Shown: positions 12,001 through 24,900 of the stretch, one piece after another | Layout: each line of letters starts with the position of its first letter | Numbering within the stretch: position 1 is the first letter of the stretch | Assembly (NCBI GenBank): GCA_964016885.1 | Contig: OZ024741.1 | Location: 249,178,001 to 249,242,000, forward strand | Length of the DNA: 64,000 bases | Direction: 5' to 3' | Origin: Eledone cirrhosa | Taxonomy: Eukaryota | The notes under the pieces: model-generated | The model's input: only the letters and a program-made list of their open reading frames with translations | Told to the model about the DNA's origin: nothing | The model's database searches: none | Translations under genes and position numbers: made by a program

Positions 12001-14435
12001 ATCAGGGGGAGATAATTTGTAAAAAAAATCAGGGGTAGATAATTTCCAGCCGTCCAAGGGGAGATAATTTCCATCCTTCCAAGGGGAGATAATTTCCAGC
12101 CGTCCAAGGGGAGATAATTTCCCGCCAGCCAAGGAGAGATAATATTTAAAAAAATCAGGCGGAGATAATTTGTAAAAAAAATCAGGGGGAGATAATTTGT
12201 AAAAAAATCAGGGGGAGATAATTTGTAAAAAAAAATCAGGGGAGATAATTTGTAAAAAAAATCAGGGGGAGATAATTTGTAAAAAAAAATCAGGGGTAGA
12301 TAATTTGTAAAAAAAAATCAGGGGGAGATAATTTGTAAAAAAAAAATCAGGGGGAGATAATTTGTAAAAAAATCAAGGGGAGATAATTTCCAGCCGTCCA
12401 AAGGGAGATAATTTTCAGCCGTCCAAGGAGGTAATTTCTAGCCGTCCAAGGGGAGATAATTTCCAGCCGTCCAAGGGGAGATAATTTTTTTAAAAAAATC
12501 AGGCGGAGATAATTTGTAAACAAAAATCAGGGGGAGATAATTTGTAAAAAAAAATCAGGGGGAGATAATTTGTAAAAAAAAATCAGGGGGAGATAATTTG
12601 TAAAAAAAATCAAGGGGAGATAATTTCCAGCCGTCCAAGGGGAGGTAATATCTAGCCATCCAAGGGGAGATAATTTCCAGCCGTCCAAGGGGAGATAATT
12701 TCCAGCCGTCCAAGGGGAGATAATATCCAGCCGTCCAAGGAGACATATTTTCCAGCCGTCCAAGGAGAGGTAATTTCTAGCCGTCCAAGGGGAGATAAGT
12801 TCCAGCCTCCAAGGGGAGATAATTTCCAGCCAGCCAAGGGGAGATAATTTGTAAAAAAAATCAGGGGGAGATAATTTGTAAAAAAAAAATCAGGGGGAGA
12901 TAATTTGTAAAAAAATCAGGGGGAGATAATTTGTAAAAAAAAAATCAGGGGGAGATAATTTGTAAAAAAAATCAGGGGGAGATAATTTGTAAAAAAAATC
13001 AGGGGTAGATAATTTGTAAAAAAAATCAGGGGGAGATAATTTGTAAAAAAAATCAGGGGGAGATAATTTATAAAAAAAATCAGGGGTAGATAATTTGTAA
13101 AAAAAAATCAGGGGGAGATAATTTGTAAAAAAAATCAGGGGGAGATAATTTGTAAAAAAAATCAGGGGTAGATAATTTCCAGCCGTCCAAGGGGAGATAA
13201 TTTCCATCCTTCCAAGGGGAGATAATTTCCAGCCGTCCAAGGGGAGATAATTTCCCGCCAGCCAAGGAGAGATAACATTTAAAAAAATCAGGCGGAGATA
13301 ATTTGTAAAAAAAATCAGGGGGAGATAATTTGTAAAAAAATCAGGGGGAGATAATTTGTAAAAAAAATCAGGGGTAGATAATTTCCAGCCGTCCAAGGGG
13401 AGATAATTTCCATCCTTCCAAGGGGAGATAATTTCCAGCCGTCCAAGGGGAGATAATTTCCCGCCAGCCAAGGAGAGATAATATTTAAAAAAATCAGGCG
13501 GAGATAATTTGTAAAAAAAATCAGGGGGAGATAATTTGTAAAAAAATCAGGGGGAGATAATTTGTAAAAAAAAATCAGGGGAGATAATTTGTAAAAAAAA
13601 TCAGGGGGAGATAATTTGTAAAAAAAAATCAGGGGTAGATAATTTGTAAAAAAAAATCAGGGGGAGATAATTTGTAAAAAAAAAATCAGGGGGAGATAAT
13701 TTGTAAAAAAATCAAGGGGAGATAATTTCCAGCCGTCCAAAGGGAGATAATTTTCAGCCGTCCAAGGAGGTAATTTCTAGCCGTCCAAGGGGAGATAATT
13801 TCCAGCCGTCCAAGGGGAGATAATTTTTTTAAAAAAATCAGGCGGAGATAATTTGTAAACAAAAATCAGGGGGAGATAATTTGTAAAAAAAAATCAGGGG
13901 GAGATAATTTGTAAAAAAAAATCAGGGGGAGATAATTTGTAAAAAAAATCAAGGGGAGATAATTTCCAGCCGTCCAAGGGGAGGTAATATCTAGCCATCC
14001 AAGGGGAGATAATTTCCAGCCGTCCAAGGGGAGATAATTTCCAGCCGTCCAAGGGGAGATAATATCCAGCCGTCCAAGGAGACATATTTTCCAGCCGTCC
14101 AAGGAGAGGTAATTTCTAGCCGTCCAAGGGGAGATAAGTTCCAGCCTCCAAGGGGAGATAATTTCCAGCCAGCCAAGGGGAGATAATTTGTAAAAAAATC
14201 AGGGGGAGATAATTTGTAAAAAAAAAATCAGGGGGAGATAATTTGTAAAAAAATCAGGGGGAGATAATTTGTAAAAAAAAAATCAGGGGGAGATAATTTG
14301 TAAAAAAAATCAGGGGGAGATAATTTGTAAAAAAAATCAGGGGTAGATAATTTGTAAAAAAAATCAGGGGGAGATAATTTGTAAAAAAAATCAGGGGGAG
14401 ATAATTTGTAAAAAAAATCAGGGGTAGATAATTTT

Positions 14436-14852
14436 CAGCCCTCCAAGGGGAGATAATTTCCATCCTTCCAAGGGGAGATAATTTCCAGCTGTCCAAGGGG
14501 AGATAATTTCCCGCCAGCCAAGGAGAGATAACATTTAAAAAAATCAGGCGGAGATAATTTGTAAAAAAAATCAGGGGGAGATAATTTGTAAAAAAATCAG
14601 GGGGAGATAATTTGTAAAAAAAATCAGGGGTAGATAATTTCCAGCCCTCCAAGGGGAGATAATTTCCATCCTTCCAAGGGGAGATAATTTCCAGCTGTCC
14701 AAGGGGAGATAATTTCCCGCCAGCCAAGGAGAGATAACATTTAAAAAAATCAGGCGGAGATAATTTGTAAAAAAAATCAGGGGGAGATAATTTGTAAAAA
14801 AATCAGGGGGAGATAATTTGTAAAAAAAATCAGGGGTAGATAATTTCCAGCC
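14436..14852 (+). repeat. Local 206-bp tandem duplication giving an R triplet, present only in 22-kb copy 1
   Basis: The private CAGCTG occurs at 14486 and 14692 but only once in copy 2 (36914). The inter-copy offset drops from 22428 to 22222 here. Confidence 0.9.
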
Positions 14853-17800
14853 GTCCAAGGGGAGATAATTTCCATCCTTCCAAGGGGAGATAATTTCCAG
14901 CCGTCCAAGGGGAGATAATTTCCCGCCAGCCAAGGAGAGATAATATTTAAAAAAATCAGGCGGAGATAATTTGTAAAAAAAAATCAGGGGGAGATAATTT
15001 GTAAAAAAATCAGGGGGAGATAATTTGTAAAAAAAAATCAGGGGGAGATAATTTGTAAAAAAAATCAGGGGGAGATAATTTGTAAAAAAAAATCAGGGGT
15101 AGATAATTTGTAAAAAAAAATCAGGGGGAGATAATTTGTAAAAAAAAATCAGGGGGAGATAATTTGTAAAAAAATCAAGGGGAGATAATTTCCAGCCGTC
15201 CAAGGGGAGATAATTTTCAGCCGTCCAAGGAGAGGTAATTTCTAGCCGTCCAAGGGGAGATAATTTCCAACCGTCCAAGGGGAGATAATTTTTTTAAAAA
15301 AATCAGGCGGAGATAATTTGTAAACAAAAATCAGGGGGAGATAATTTGTAAAAAAAAATCAGGGGGAGATAATTTGTAAAAAAAAATCAGGGGGAGATAA
15401 TTTGTAAAAAAAATCAAGGGGAGATAATTTCCAGCCGTCCAAGGGGAGGTAATATCTAGCCATCCAAGGGGAGATAATTTCCAGCCGTCCAAGGGGAGAT
15501 AATTTCCAGCCGTCCAAGGGGAGATAATATCCAGCCGTCCAAGGAGACATATTTTCCAGCCGTCCAAGGAGAGGTAATTTCTAGCCGTCCAAGGGGAGAT
15601 AAGTTCCAGCCTCCAAGGGGAGATAATTTCCAGCCAGCCAAGGGGAGATAATTTGTAAAAAAATCAGGGGGAGATAATTTGTAAAAAAAAATCAGGGGGA
15701 GATAATTTGTAAAAAAATCAGGGGGAGATAATTTGTAAAAAAAAATCAGGGGGAGATAATTTGTAAAAAAAATCAGGGGGAGATAATTTGTAAAAAAAAT
15801 CAGGGGTAGATAATTTGTAAAAAAAATCAGGGGGAGATAATTTGTAAAAAAAATCAGGGGGAGATAATTTGTAAAAAAAATCAGGGGTAGATAATTTTCA
15901 GCCGTCCAAGGGGAGATAATTTCCATCCTTCCAAGGGGAGATAATTTCCAGCCGTCCAAGGGGAGATAATTTCCCGCCAGCCAAGGAGAGATAACATTTA
16001 AAAAAATCAGGCGGATATAATTTGTAAAAAAAATCAGGGGGAGATAATTTGTAAAAAAATCAGGGGGAGATAATTTGTAAAAAAAATCAGGGGTAGATAA
16101 TTTCCAGCCGTCCAAGGGGAGATAATTTCCATCCTTCCAAGGGGAGATAATTTCCAGCCGTCCAAGGGGAGATAATTTCCCGCCAGCCAAGGAGAGATAA
16201 CATTTAAAAAAATCAGGCGGAGATAATTTGTAAAAAAATCAGGGGGAGATAATTTGTAAAAAAAATCAGGGGTAGATAATTTCCAGCCGTCCAAGGGGAG
16301 ATAATTTCCATCCTTCCAAGGGGAGATAATTTCCAGCCGTCCAAGGGGAGATAATTTCCCGCCAGCCAAGGAGAGATAATATTTAAAAAAATCAGGCGGA
16401 GATAATTTGTAAAAAAAATCAGGGGGAGATAATTTGTAAAAAAAAATCAGGGGGAGATAATTTGTAAAAAAAAATCAGGGGGAGATAATTTGTAAAAAAA
16501 ATCAAGGGGAGATAATTTGTAAAAAAAAATCAGGGGTAGATAATTTGTAAAAAAAAATCAGGGGGAGATAATTTGTAAAAAAAAAATCAGGGGGAGATAA
16601 TTTGTAAAAAAATCAAGGGGAGATAATTTCCAGCCGTCCAAGGGGAGATAATTTTCAGCCGTCCAAGGAGAGGTAATTTCTAGCCGTCCAAGGGGAGATA
16701 ATTTCCAGCCAGCCAAGGGGAGATAATTTGTAAAAAAATCAGGGGTAGATAATTTGTGAAAAAAAATCAGGGGGAGATAATTTGTAAAAAAAATCAGGGG
16801 GAGATAATTTGTAAAAAAAATCAGGGGTAGATAATTTCCAGCCGTCCAAGGGGAGATAATTTCCATCCTTCCAAGGGGAGATAATTTCCAGCCGTCCAAG
16901 GGGAGATAATTTCCCGCCAGCCAAGGAGAGATAACATTTAAAAAAATCAGGCGGAGATAATTTGTAAAAAAAATCAGAGGGAGATAATTTGTAAAAAAAT
17001 CAGGGGGAGATAATTTGTAAAAAAAATCAGGGGTAGATAATTTCCAGCCGTCCAAGGGGAGATAATTTCCATCCTTCCAAGGGGAGATAATTTCCAGCCG
17101 TCCAAGGGGAGATAATTTCCCGCCAGCCAAGGAGAGATAATATTTAAAAAAATCAGGCGGAGATAATTTGTAAAAAAAATCAGGGGGAGATAATTTGTAA
17201 AAAAATCAGGGGGAGATAATTTGTAAAAAAAAATCAGGGGAGATAATTTGTAAAAAAAATCAGGGGGAGATAATTTGTAAAAAAAAATCAGGGGTAGATA
17301 ATTTGTAAAAAAAATTCAGGGGGAGATAATTTGTAAAAAAAAAATCAGGGGGAGATAATTTGTAAAAAAATCAAGGGGAGATAATTTCCAGCCGTCCAAA
17401 GGGAGATAATTTTCAGCCGTCCAAGGAGGTAATTTCCAGCCGTCCAAGGGGAGATAATGTTTTTAAAAAAATCAGGCGGACATAATTTGTAAACAAAAAT
17501 CAGGGGGAGATAATTTGTAAAAAAAAATCAGGGGGAGATAATTTGTAAAAAAAAATCATGGGGAGATAATTTGTAAAAAAAATCAAGGGGAGATAATTTC
17601 CAGCCGTCCAAGGGGAGGTAATATCTAGCCATCCAAGGGGAGATAATTTCCAGCCGTCCAAGGGGAGATAATTTCCAGCCGTCCAAGGGGAGATAATATC
17701 CAGCCGTCCAAGGAGACATATTTTCCAGCCGTCCAAGGAGAGGTAATTTCTAGCCGTCCAAGGGGAGATAAGTTCCAGCCTCCAAGGGGAGATAATTTCC

Positions 17801-18496
17801 AGCCAGCCAAGGGGAGATAATTTGTAAAAAAATCAGGGGGAGATAATTTGTAAAAAAAAAATCAGGGGGAGATAATTTGTAAAAAAATCAGGGGGAGATA
17901 ATTTGTAAAAAAAAAATCAGGGGGAGATAATTTGTAAAAAAAATCAGGGGGAGATAATTTGTAAAAAAAATCAGGGGTAGATAATTTTCAGCCCTCCAAG
18001 GGGAGATAATTTCCATCCTTCCAAGGGGAGATAATTTCCAGCCGTCCAAGGGGAGATAATTTCCCGCCAGCCAAGGAGAGATAACATTTAAAAAAATCAG
18101 GCGGAGATAATTTGTAAAAAAAATCAGGGGGAGATAATTTGTAAAAAAATCAGGGGGAGATAATTTGTAAAAAAAATCAGGGGTAGATAATTTCCAGCCG
18201 TCCAAGGGGAGATAATTTCCATCCTTCCAAGGGGAGATAATTTCCAGCCGTCCAAGGGGAGATAATTTCCCGCCAGCCAAGGAGAGATAATATTTAAAAA
18301 AATCAGGCGGAGATAATTTGTAAAAAAAATCAGGGGGAGATAATTTGTAAAAAAATCAGGGGGAGATAATTTGTAAAAAAAAATCAGGGGGAGATAATTT
18401 GTAAAAAAAATCAGGGGGAGATAATTTGTAAAAAAAAATCAGGGGTAGATAATTTGTAAAAAAAAATCAGGGGGAGATAATTTGTAAAAAAATCAA

Positions 18497-21400
18497 GGGG
18501 AGATAATTTCCAGCCGTCCATGGGGAGATAATTTTCAGCCGTCCAAGGAGAGGTAATTTCTAGCCGTCCAAGGGGAGATAATTTCCAGCCGTCCAAGGGG
18601 AGATAATTTTTTAAAAAAATCAGGCGGAGATAATTTGTAAACAAAAATCAGGGGGAGATAATTTGTAAAAAAAAATCAGGGGGAGATAATTTGTAAAAAA
18701 AAATCAGGGGGAGATAATTTGTAAAAAAAATCAAGGGGAGATAATTTCCAGCCGTCCAAGGGGAGGTAATATCTAGCCATCCAAGGGGAGATAATTTCCA
18801 GCCGTCCAAGGGGAGATAATTTCCAGCCGTCCAAGGGGAGATAATATCATGCCGTCCAAGGAGACATATTTTCCAGCCGTCCAAGGAGACGTAATTTCTA
18901 GCCGTCCAAGGGGAGATAAGTTCCAGCCTCCAAGGGGAGATAATTTCCAGCCAGCCAAGGGGAGATAATTTGTAAAAAAATTAGGGGGAGATAATTTGTA
19001 AAAAAAAATTAGGGGGAGATAATTTGTAAAAAAAAATCAGGGGGAGATAATTTGTAAAAAAAAATCAGGGGGAGATAATTTGTAAAAAAAATCAAGGGGA
19101 GATAATTTCCAGCCGTCCAAGGGGAGATAATTTTCAGCCGTCCAAGGAGAGGTAAATTCTAGCCGTCCAAGGAGATATAATTTCCAGCCGTCCAAGGGGA
19201 GATAATTTCCAGCCGTCCAAGGGGAGATAATTTTTAAAAAAAAATCAGGCGGAGATAATTTGTAAACAAAAATCAGGGGGAGATAATTTTTTAAAAAAAA
19301 TCAGGGGGAGATAATTTGTAAAAAAAAATCAGGGGGAGATAATTTGTAAAAAAAATCAAGGGGAGATAATTTCCAGCCGTCCAAGGGGAGGTAATATCTA
19401 GCCATCCAAGGGGAGATAATTTCCAGCCGTCCAAGGGGAGATAATTTCCAGCCGTCCAAGGGGAGATAATATCCAGCCGTCCAAGGAGACATATTTTCCA
19501 GCCGTCCAAGGAGAGGTAATTTCTAGCCGTCCAAGGGGAGATAAGTTCCAGCCTCCAAGGGGAGATAATTTCCAGCCAGCCAAGGGGAGATAATTTGTAA
19601 AAAAATCAGGGGGGAGATAATTTGTAAAAAAAATCAGGGGGAGATAATTTGAAAAAAAAATCAGGGGGAGATAATTTGTAAAAAATATCAAGGGGAGATA
19701 ATTTCCAGCCCTCCAAGGGGCTATAATTTCCAGCCGTGCAAGGGGAGATAATTTCCAGCCGTCCAAGGGGAGATAATTTCCATCCTTCCAAGGGGAGATA
19801 ATTTCCAGCCGTCCAAGGGGAGATAATTTCCCGCCAGCCAAGGGAAGATAATTTTTTAAAAAATCAGGCGGAGATTGTAAAAAAAATCAGGGGGAGATAA
19901 TTTGTAAATAAAATCAGGGGGAGATAATTTGTAAAAAAAATCAGGGGAGATAATTTGTAAAAAAAATCAGGGGTAGATAATTTTCAGCCGTCCAAGGGGA
20001 GATAATTTCCATCCTTCCAAGGGGAGATAATTTCCAGCCGTCCAAGGGGAGATAATTTCCCGCCAGCCAAGGAGAGATAACATTTAAAAAAATCAGGCGG
20101 AGATAATTTGTAAAAAAAATCAGGGGGAGATAATTTGTAAAAAAATCAGGGGGAGATAATTTGTAAAAAAAATCAGGGGTAGATAATTTCCAGCCGTCCA
20201 AGGGGAGATAATTTCCATCCTTCCAAGGGGAGATAATTTCCAGCCGTCCAAGGGGAGATAATTTCCCGCCAGCCAAGGAGAGATAACATTTAAAAAAATC
20301 AGGGGGAGATAATTTGTAAAAAAAATCAGGGGGAGATAATTTGTAAAAAAATCAGGGGGAGATAATTTGTAAAAAAAAATCAGGGGGAGATAATTTGTAA
20401 AAAAAATCAGGGGGAGATAATTTGTAAAAAAAAATCAGGGGTAGATAATTTGTAAAAAAAAATCAGGGGGAGATAATTTGTAAAGAAAAAATCAGGGGGA
20501 GATAATTTGTAAAAAAATCAAGGGGAGATAATTTCCAGCCGTCCAAGGGGAGATAATTTTCAGCCGTCCAAGGAGAGGTAATTTCTAGCCGTCCAAGGGG
20601 AGATAATTTCCAGCCGTCCAAGGGGAGATAATTTTTTTAAAAAAATCAGGCGGAGATAATTTGTAAACAAAAATCAGGGGGAGATAATTTGTAAAAAAAA
20701 ATCAGGGGGAGATAATTTGTAAAAAAAAATCAGGGGGAGATAATTTGTAAAAAAAATCAAGGGGAGATAATTTCCAGCCGTCCAAGGGGAGGTAATATCT
20801 AGCCATCCAAGGGGAGATAATTTCCAGCCGTCCAAGGGGAGATAATTTCCAGCCGTCCAAGGGGAGATAATATCCAGCCGTCCAAGGAGACATATTTTCC
20901 AGCCGTCCAAGGAGACGTAATTTCTAGCCGTCCAAGGGGAGATAAGTTCCAGCCTCCAAGGGGAGATAATTTCCAGCCAGCCAAGGGGAGATAATTTGTA
21001 AAAAAATTAGGGGGAGATAATTTCTAAAAAAAAATTAGGGGGAGATAATTTGTAAAAAAAAATCAGGGGGAGATAATTTGTAAAAAAAAATCAGGGGGAG
21101 ATAATTTGTAAAAAAAATCAAGGGGAGATAATTTCCAGCCGTCCAAGGGGAGATAATTTTCAGCCGTCCAAGGAGAGGTAAATTCTAGCCGTCCAAGGAG
21201 ATATAATTTCCAGCCGTCCAAGGGGAGATAATTTCCAGCCGTCCAAGGGGAGATAATTTTTAAAAAAAAATCAGGCGGAGATAATTTGTAAACAAAAATC
21301 AGGGGGAGATAATTTTTTAAAAAAAATCAGGGGGAGATAATTTGTAAAAAAAAATCAGGGGGAGATAATTTGTAAAAAAAATCAAGGGGAGATAATTTCC

Positions 21401-21950
21401 AGCCGTCCAAGGGGAGGTAATATCTAGCCATCCAAGGGGAGATAATTTCCAGCCGTCCAAGGGGAGATAATTTCCAGCCGTCCAAGGGGAGATAATATCC
21501 AGCCGTCCAAGGAGACATATTTTCCAGCCGTCCAAGGAGAGGTAATTTCTAGCCGTCCAAGGGGAGATAAGTTCCAGCCTCCAAGGGGAGATAATTTCCA
21601 GCCAGCCAAGGGGAGATAATTTGTAAAAAAATCAGGGGGGAGATAATTTGTAAAAAAAATCAGGGGGAGATAATTTGAAAAAAAAATCAGGGGGAGATAA
21701 TTTGTAAAAAATATCAAGGGGAGATAATTTCCAGCCCTCCAAGGGGCTATAATTTCCAGCCGTGCAAGGGGAGATAATTTCCAGCCGTCCAAGGGGAGAT
21801 AATTTCCATCCTTCCAAGGGGAGATAATTTCCAGCCGTCCAAGGGGAGATAATTTCCCGCCAGCCAAGGGAAGATAATTTTTTAAAAAATCAGGCGGAGA
21901 TTGTAAAAAAAATCAGGGGGAGATAATTTGTAAAAAAATCAGGGGGAGAT
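18497..21950 (+). repeat. About 2026-bp higher-order repeat (P-Q-S-Q-T-R-R), about 1.7 tandem copies; repeated at about 40720-44170
   Basis: Offsets 18648/20674, 19291/21317 and 19398/21424 are 2026, and likewise 40870/42896 and 41513/43539. Boundaries approximate. Confidence 0.85.
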
Positions 21951-24900
21951 AATTTGTAAAAAAAAAATCAGGGGGAGATAATTTGTAAAAAAAAATCAGG
22001 GGGAGATAATTTGTAAAAAAAATCAGGGGGAGATAATTTGTAAAAAAAATCAGGGGTAGATAATTTGTAAAAAAAATCAGGGGGAGATAATTTGTAAAAA
22101 AAATCAGGGGGAGATAATTTGTAAAAAAAATCAGGGGTAGATAATTTTCAGCCGTCCAAGGGGAGATAATTTCCATCCTTCCAAGGGGAGATAATTTCCA
22201 GCCGTCCAAGGGGAGATAATTTCCCGCCAGCCAAGGAGAGATAACATTTAAAAAAATCAGGCGGAGATAATTTGTAAAAAAATCAGGGGGAGATAATTTG
22301 TAAAAAAAAATCAGGGGTAGATAATTTCCAGCCGTCCAAGGGGAGATAATTTCCATCCTTCCAAGGGGAGATAATTTCCAGCCGTCCAAGGGGAGATAAT
22401 TTCCCGCCAGCCAAGGAGAGATAATATTTAAAAAAATCAGGCGGAGATAATTTGTAAAAAAAATCAGGGGGAGATAATTTGTAAAAAAATCAGGGGGAGA
22501 TAATTTGTAAAAAAAAATCAGGGGGAGATAATTTGTAAAAAAAAATCAGGGGGAGATAATTTGTAAAAAAAAATCAGGGGTAGATAATTTGTAAAAAAAA
22601 ATCAGTGTGAGATAATTTGTAAAAGAAAAATCAGGGGGAGATAATTTGTAAAAAAATCAAGGGGAGATAATTTCCAGCCGTCCAAGGGGAGATAATTTTC
22701 AGCCGTCCAAGGAGAGGTAATTTCTAGCCGTCCAAGGGGAGATAATTTCCAGCCGTCCAAGGGGAGATAATTTTTTTTAAAAAATCAGGCGGAGATAATT
22801 TGTAAACAAAAATCAGGGGGAGATAATTTGTAAAAAAAAATCAGGGGGAGATAATTTGTAAAAAAAAATCAGGGGGAGATAATTTGTAAAAAAAATCAAG
22901 GGGAGATAATTTGTCAAAAAAAATCAGGGGTAGATAATTTGTAAAAAAAAATCAGGGGGAGATAATTTGTAAAAAAAAAATCAGGGGGAGATAATTTGTA
23001 AAAAAATCAAGGGGAGATAATTTCCAGCCGTCCAAGGGGAGATAATTTTCAGCCGTCCAAGGAGAGGTAATTTCTAGCCGTCCAAGGGGAGATAATTTCC
23101 AGCCAGCCAAGGGGAGATAATTTGTAAAAAAATCAGGGGTAGATAATTTGTAAAAAAAAATCAGGGGGAGATAATTTGTAAAAAAAATCAGGGGGAGATA
23201 ATTTGTAAAAAAAATCAGGGGTAGATAATTTCCAGCCGTCCAAGGGGAGATAATTTCCATCCTTCCAAGGGGAGATAATTTCCAGCCGTCCAAGGGGAGA
23301 TAATTTCCCGCCAGCCAAGGAGAGATAACATTTAAAAAAATCAGGCGGAGATAATTTGTAAAAAAAATCAGGGGGAGATAATTTGTAAAAAAAATCAGGG
23401 GGAGATAATTTGTAAAAAAAATCAGGGGTAGATAATTTCCAGCCGTCCAAGGGGAGATAATTTCCATCCTTCCAAGGGGAGATAATTTCCAGCCGTCCAA
23501 GGGGAGATAATTTCCCGCCAGCCAAGGAGAGATAATATTTAAAAAAATCAGGCGGAGATAATTTGTAAAAAAAATCAGGGGGAGATAATTTGTAAAAAAA
23601 TCAGGGGGAGATAATTTGTAAAAAAAAATCAGGGGAGATAATTTGTAAAAAAAATCAGGGGGAGATAATTTGTAAAAAAAAATCAGGGGTAGATAATTTG
23701 TAAAAAAAAATCAGGGGGAGATAATTTGTAAAAAAAAAATCAGGGGGAGATAATTTGTAAAAAAATCAAGGGCAGATAATTTCCAGCCGTCCAAGGGGAG
23801 ATAATTTTCAGCCGTCCAAGGAGGTAATTTCTAGCCGTCCAAGGGGAGATAATTTCCAGCCGTCCAAGGGGAGATAATTTTTTTAAAAAAATCAGGCGGA
23901 GATAATTTGTAAACAAAAATCAGGGGGAGATAATTTGTAAAAAAAAATCAGGGGGAGATAATTTGTAAAAAAAAATCAGGGGGAGATAATTTGTAAAAAA
24001 AATCAAGGGGAGATAATTTCCAGCCGTCCAAGGGGAGGTAATATCTAGCCATCCAAGGGGAGATAATTTCCAGCCGTCCAAGGGGAGATAATTTCCAGCC
24101 GTCCAAGGGGAGATAATATCCAGCCGTCCAAGGAGACATATTTTCCAGCCGTCCAAGGAGAGGTAATTTCTAGCCGTCCAAGGGGAGATAAGTTCCAGCC
24201 TCCAAGGGGAGATAATTTCCAGCCAGCCAAGGGGAGATAATTTGTAAAAAAATCAGGGGGAGATAATTTGTAAAAAAAAAATCAGGGGCAGATAATTTGT
24301 AAAAAAATCAGGGGGAGATAATTTGTAAAAAAAATCAGGGGGAGATAATTTGTAGAAAAAATCAGGGGTAGATAATTTGTAAAAAAAATCAGGGGGAGAT
24401 AATTTGTAAAAAAAATCAGGGGGAGATAATTTGTAAAAAAAATCAGGGGTAGATAATTTTCAGCCGTCCAAGGGGAGATAATTTCCATCCTTCCAAGGGG
24501 AGATAATTTCCAGCCGTCCAAGGGGAGATAATTTCCCGCCAGCCAAGGAGAGATAACATTTAAAAAAATCAGGCGGAGATAATTTGTAAAAAAAATCAGG
24601 GGGAGATAATTTGTAAAAAAATCAGGGGGAGATAATTTGTAAAAAAAATCAGGGGTAGATAATTTCCAGCCGTCCAAGGGGAGATAATTTCCATCCTTCC
24701 AAGGGGAGATAATTTCCAGCCGTCCAAGGGGAGATAATTTCCCGCCAGCCAAGGAGAGATAATATTTAAAAAAATCAGGCGGAGATAATTTGTAAAAAAA
24801 ATCAGGTGGAGATAATTTGTAAAAAAATCAGGGGGAGATAATTTGTAAAAAAAAATCAGGGGGAGATAATTTGTAAAAAAAATCAGGGGTAGATAATTTG

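Larger units (their letters stand above)
5400..13500 (+). repeat. 4066-bp higher-order repeat, 2 tandem copies
   Basis: ORF offsets 5827/9893, 6480/10546, 7041/11107, 7647/11713 and 8461/12527 are all 4066. The rare 20-bp monomer CCCGCCAGGGG occurs at about 5564 and 9630. Boundaries approximate. Confidence 0.9.

Noticed and set aside
14486-14491. CpG-deamination signature (CCG>CTG here, CCG>CCA in Q blocks) as evidence of methylation
   Set aside because: Only two or three independent events were seen, alongside many non-CpG changes, so there is no demonstrable excess without counting.
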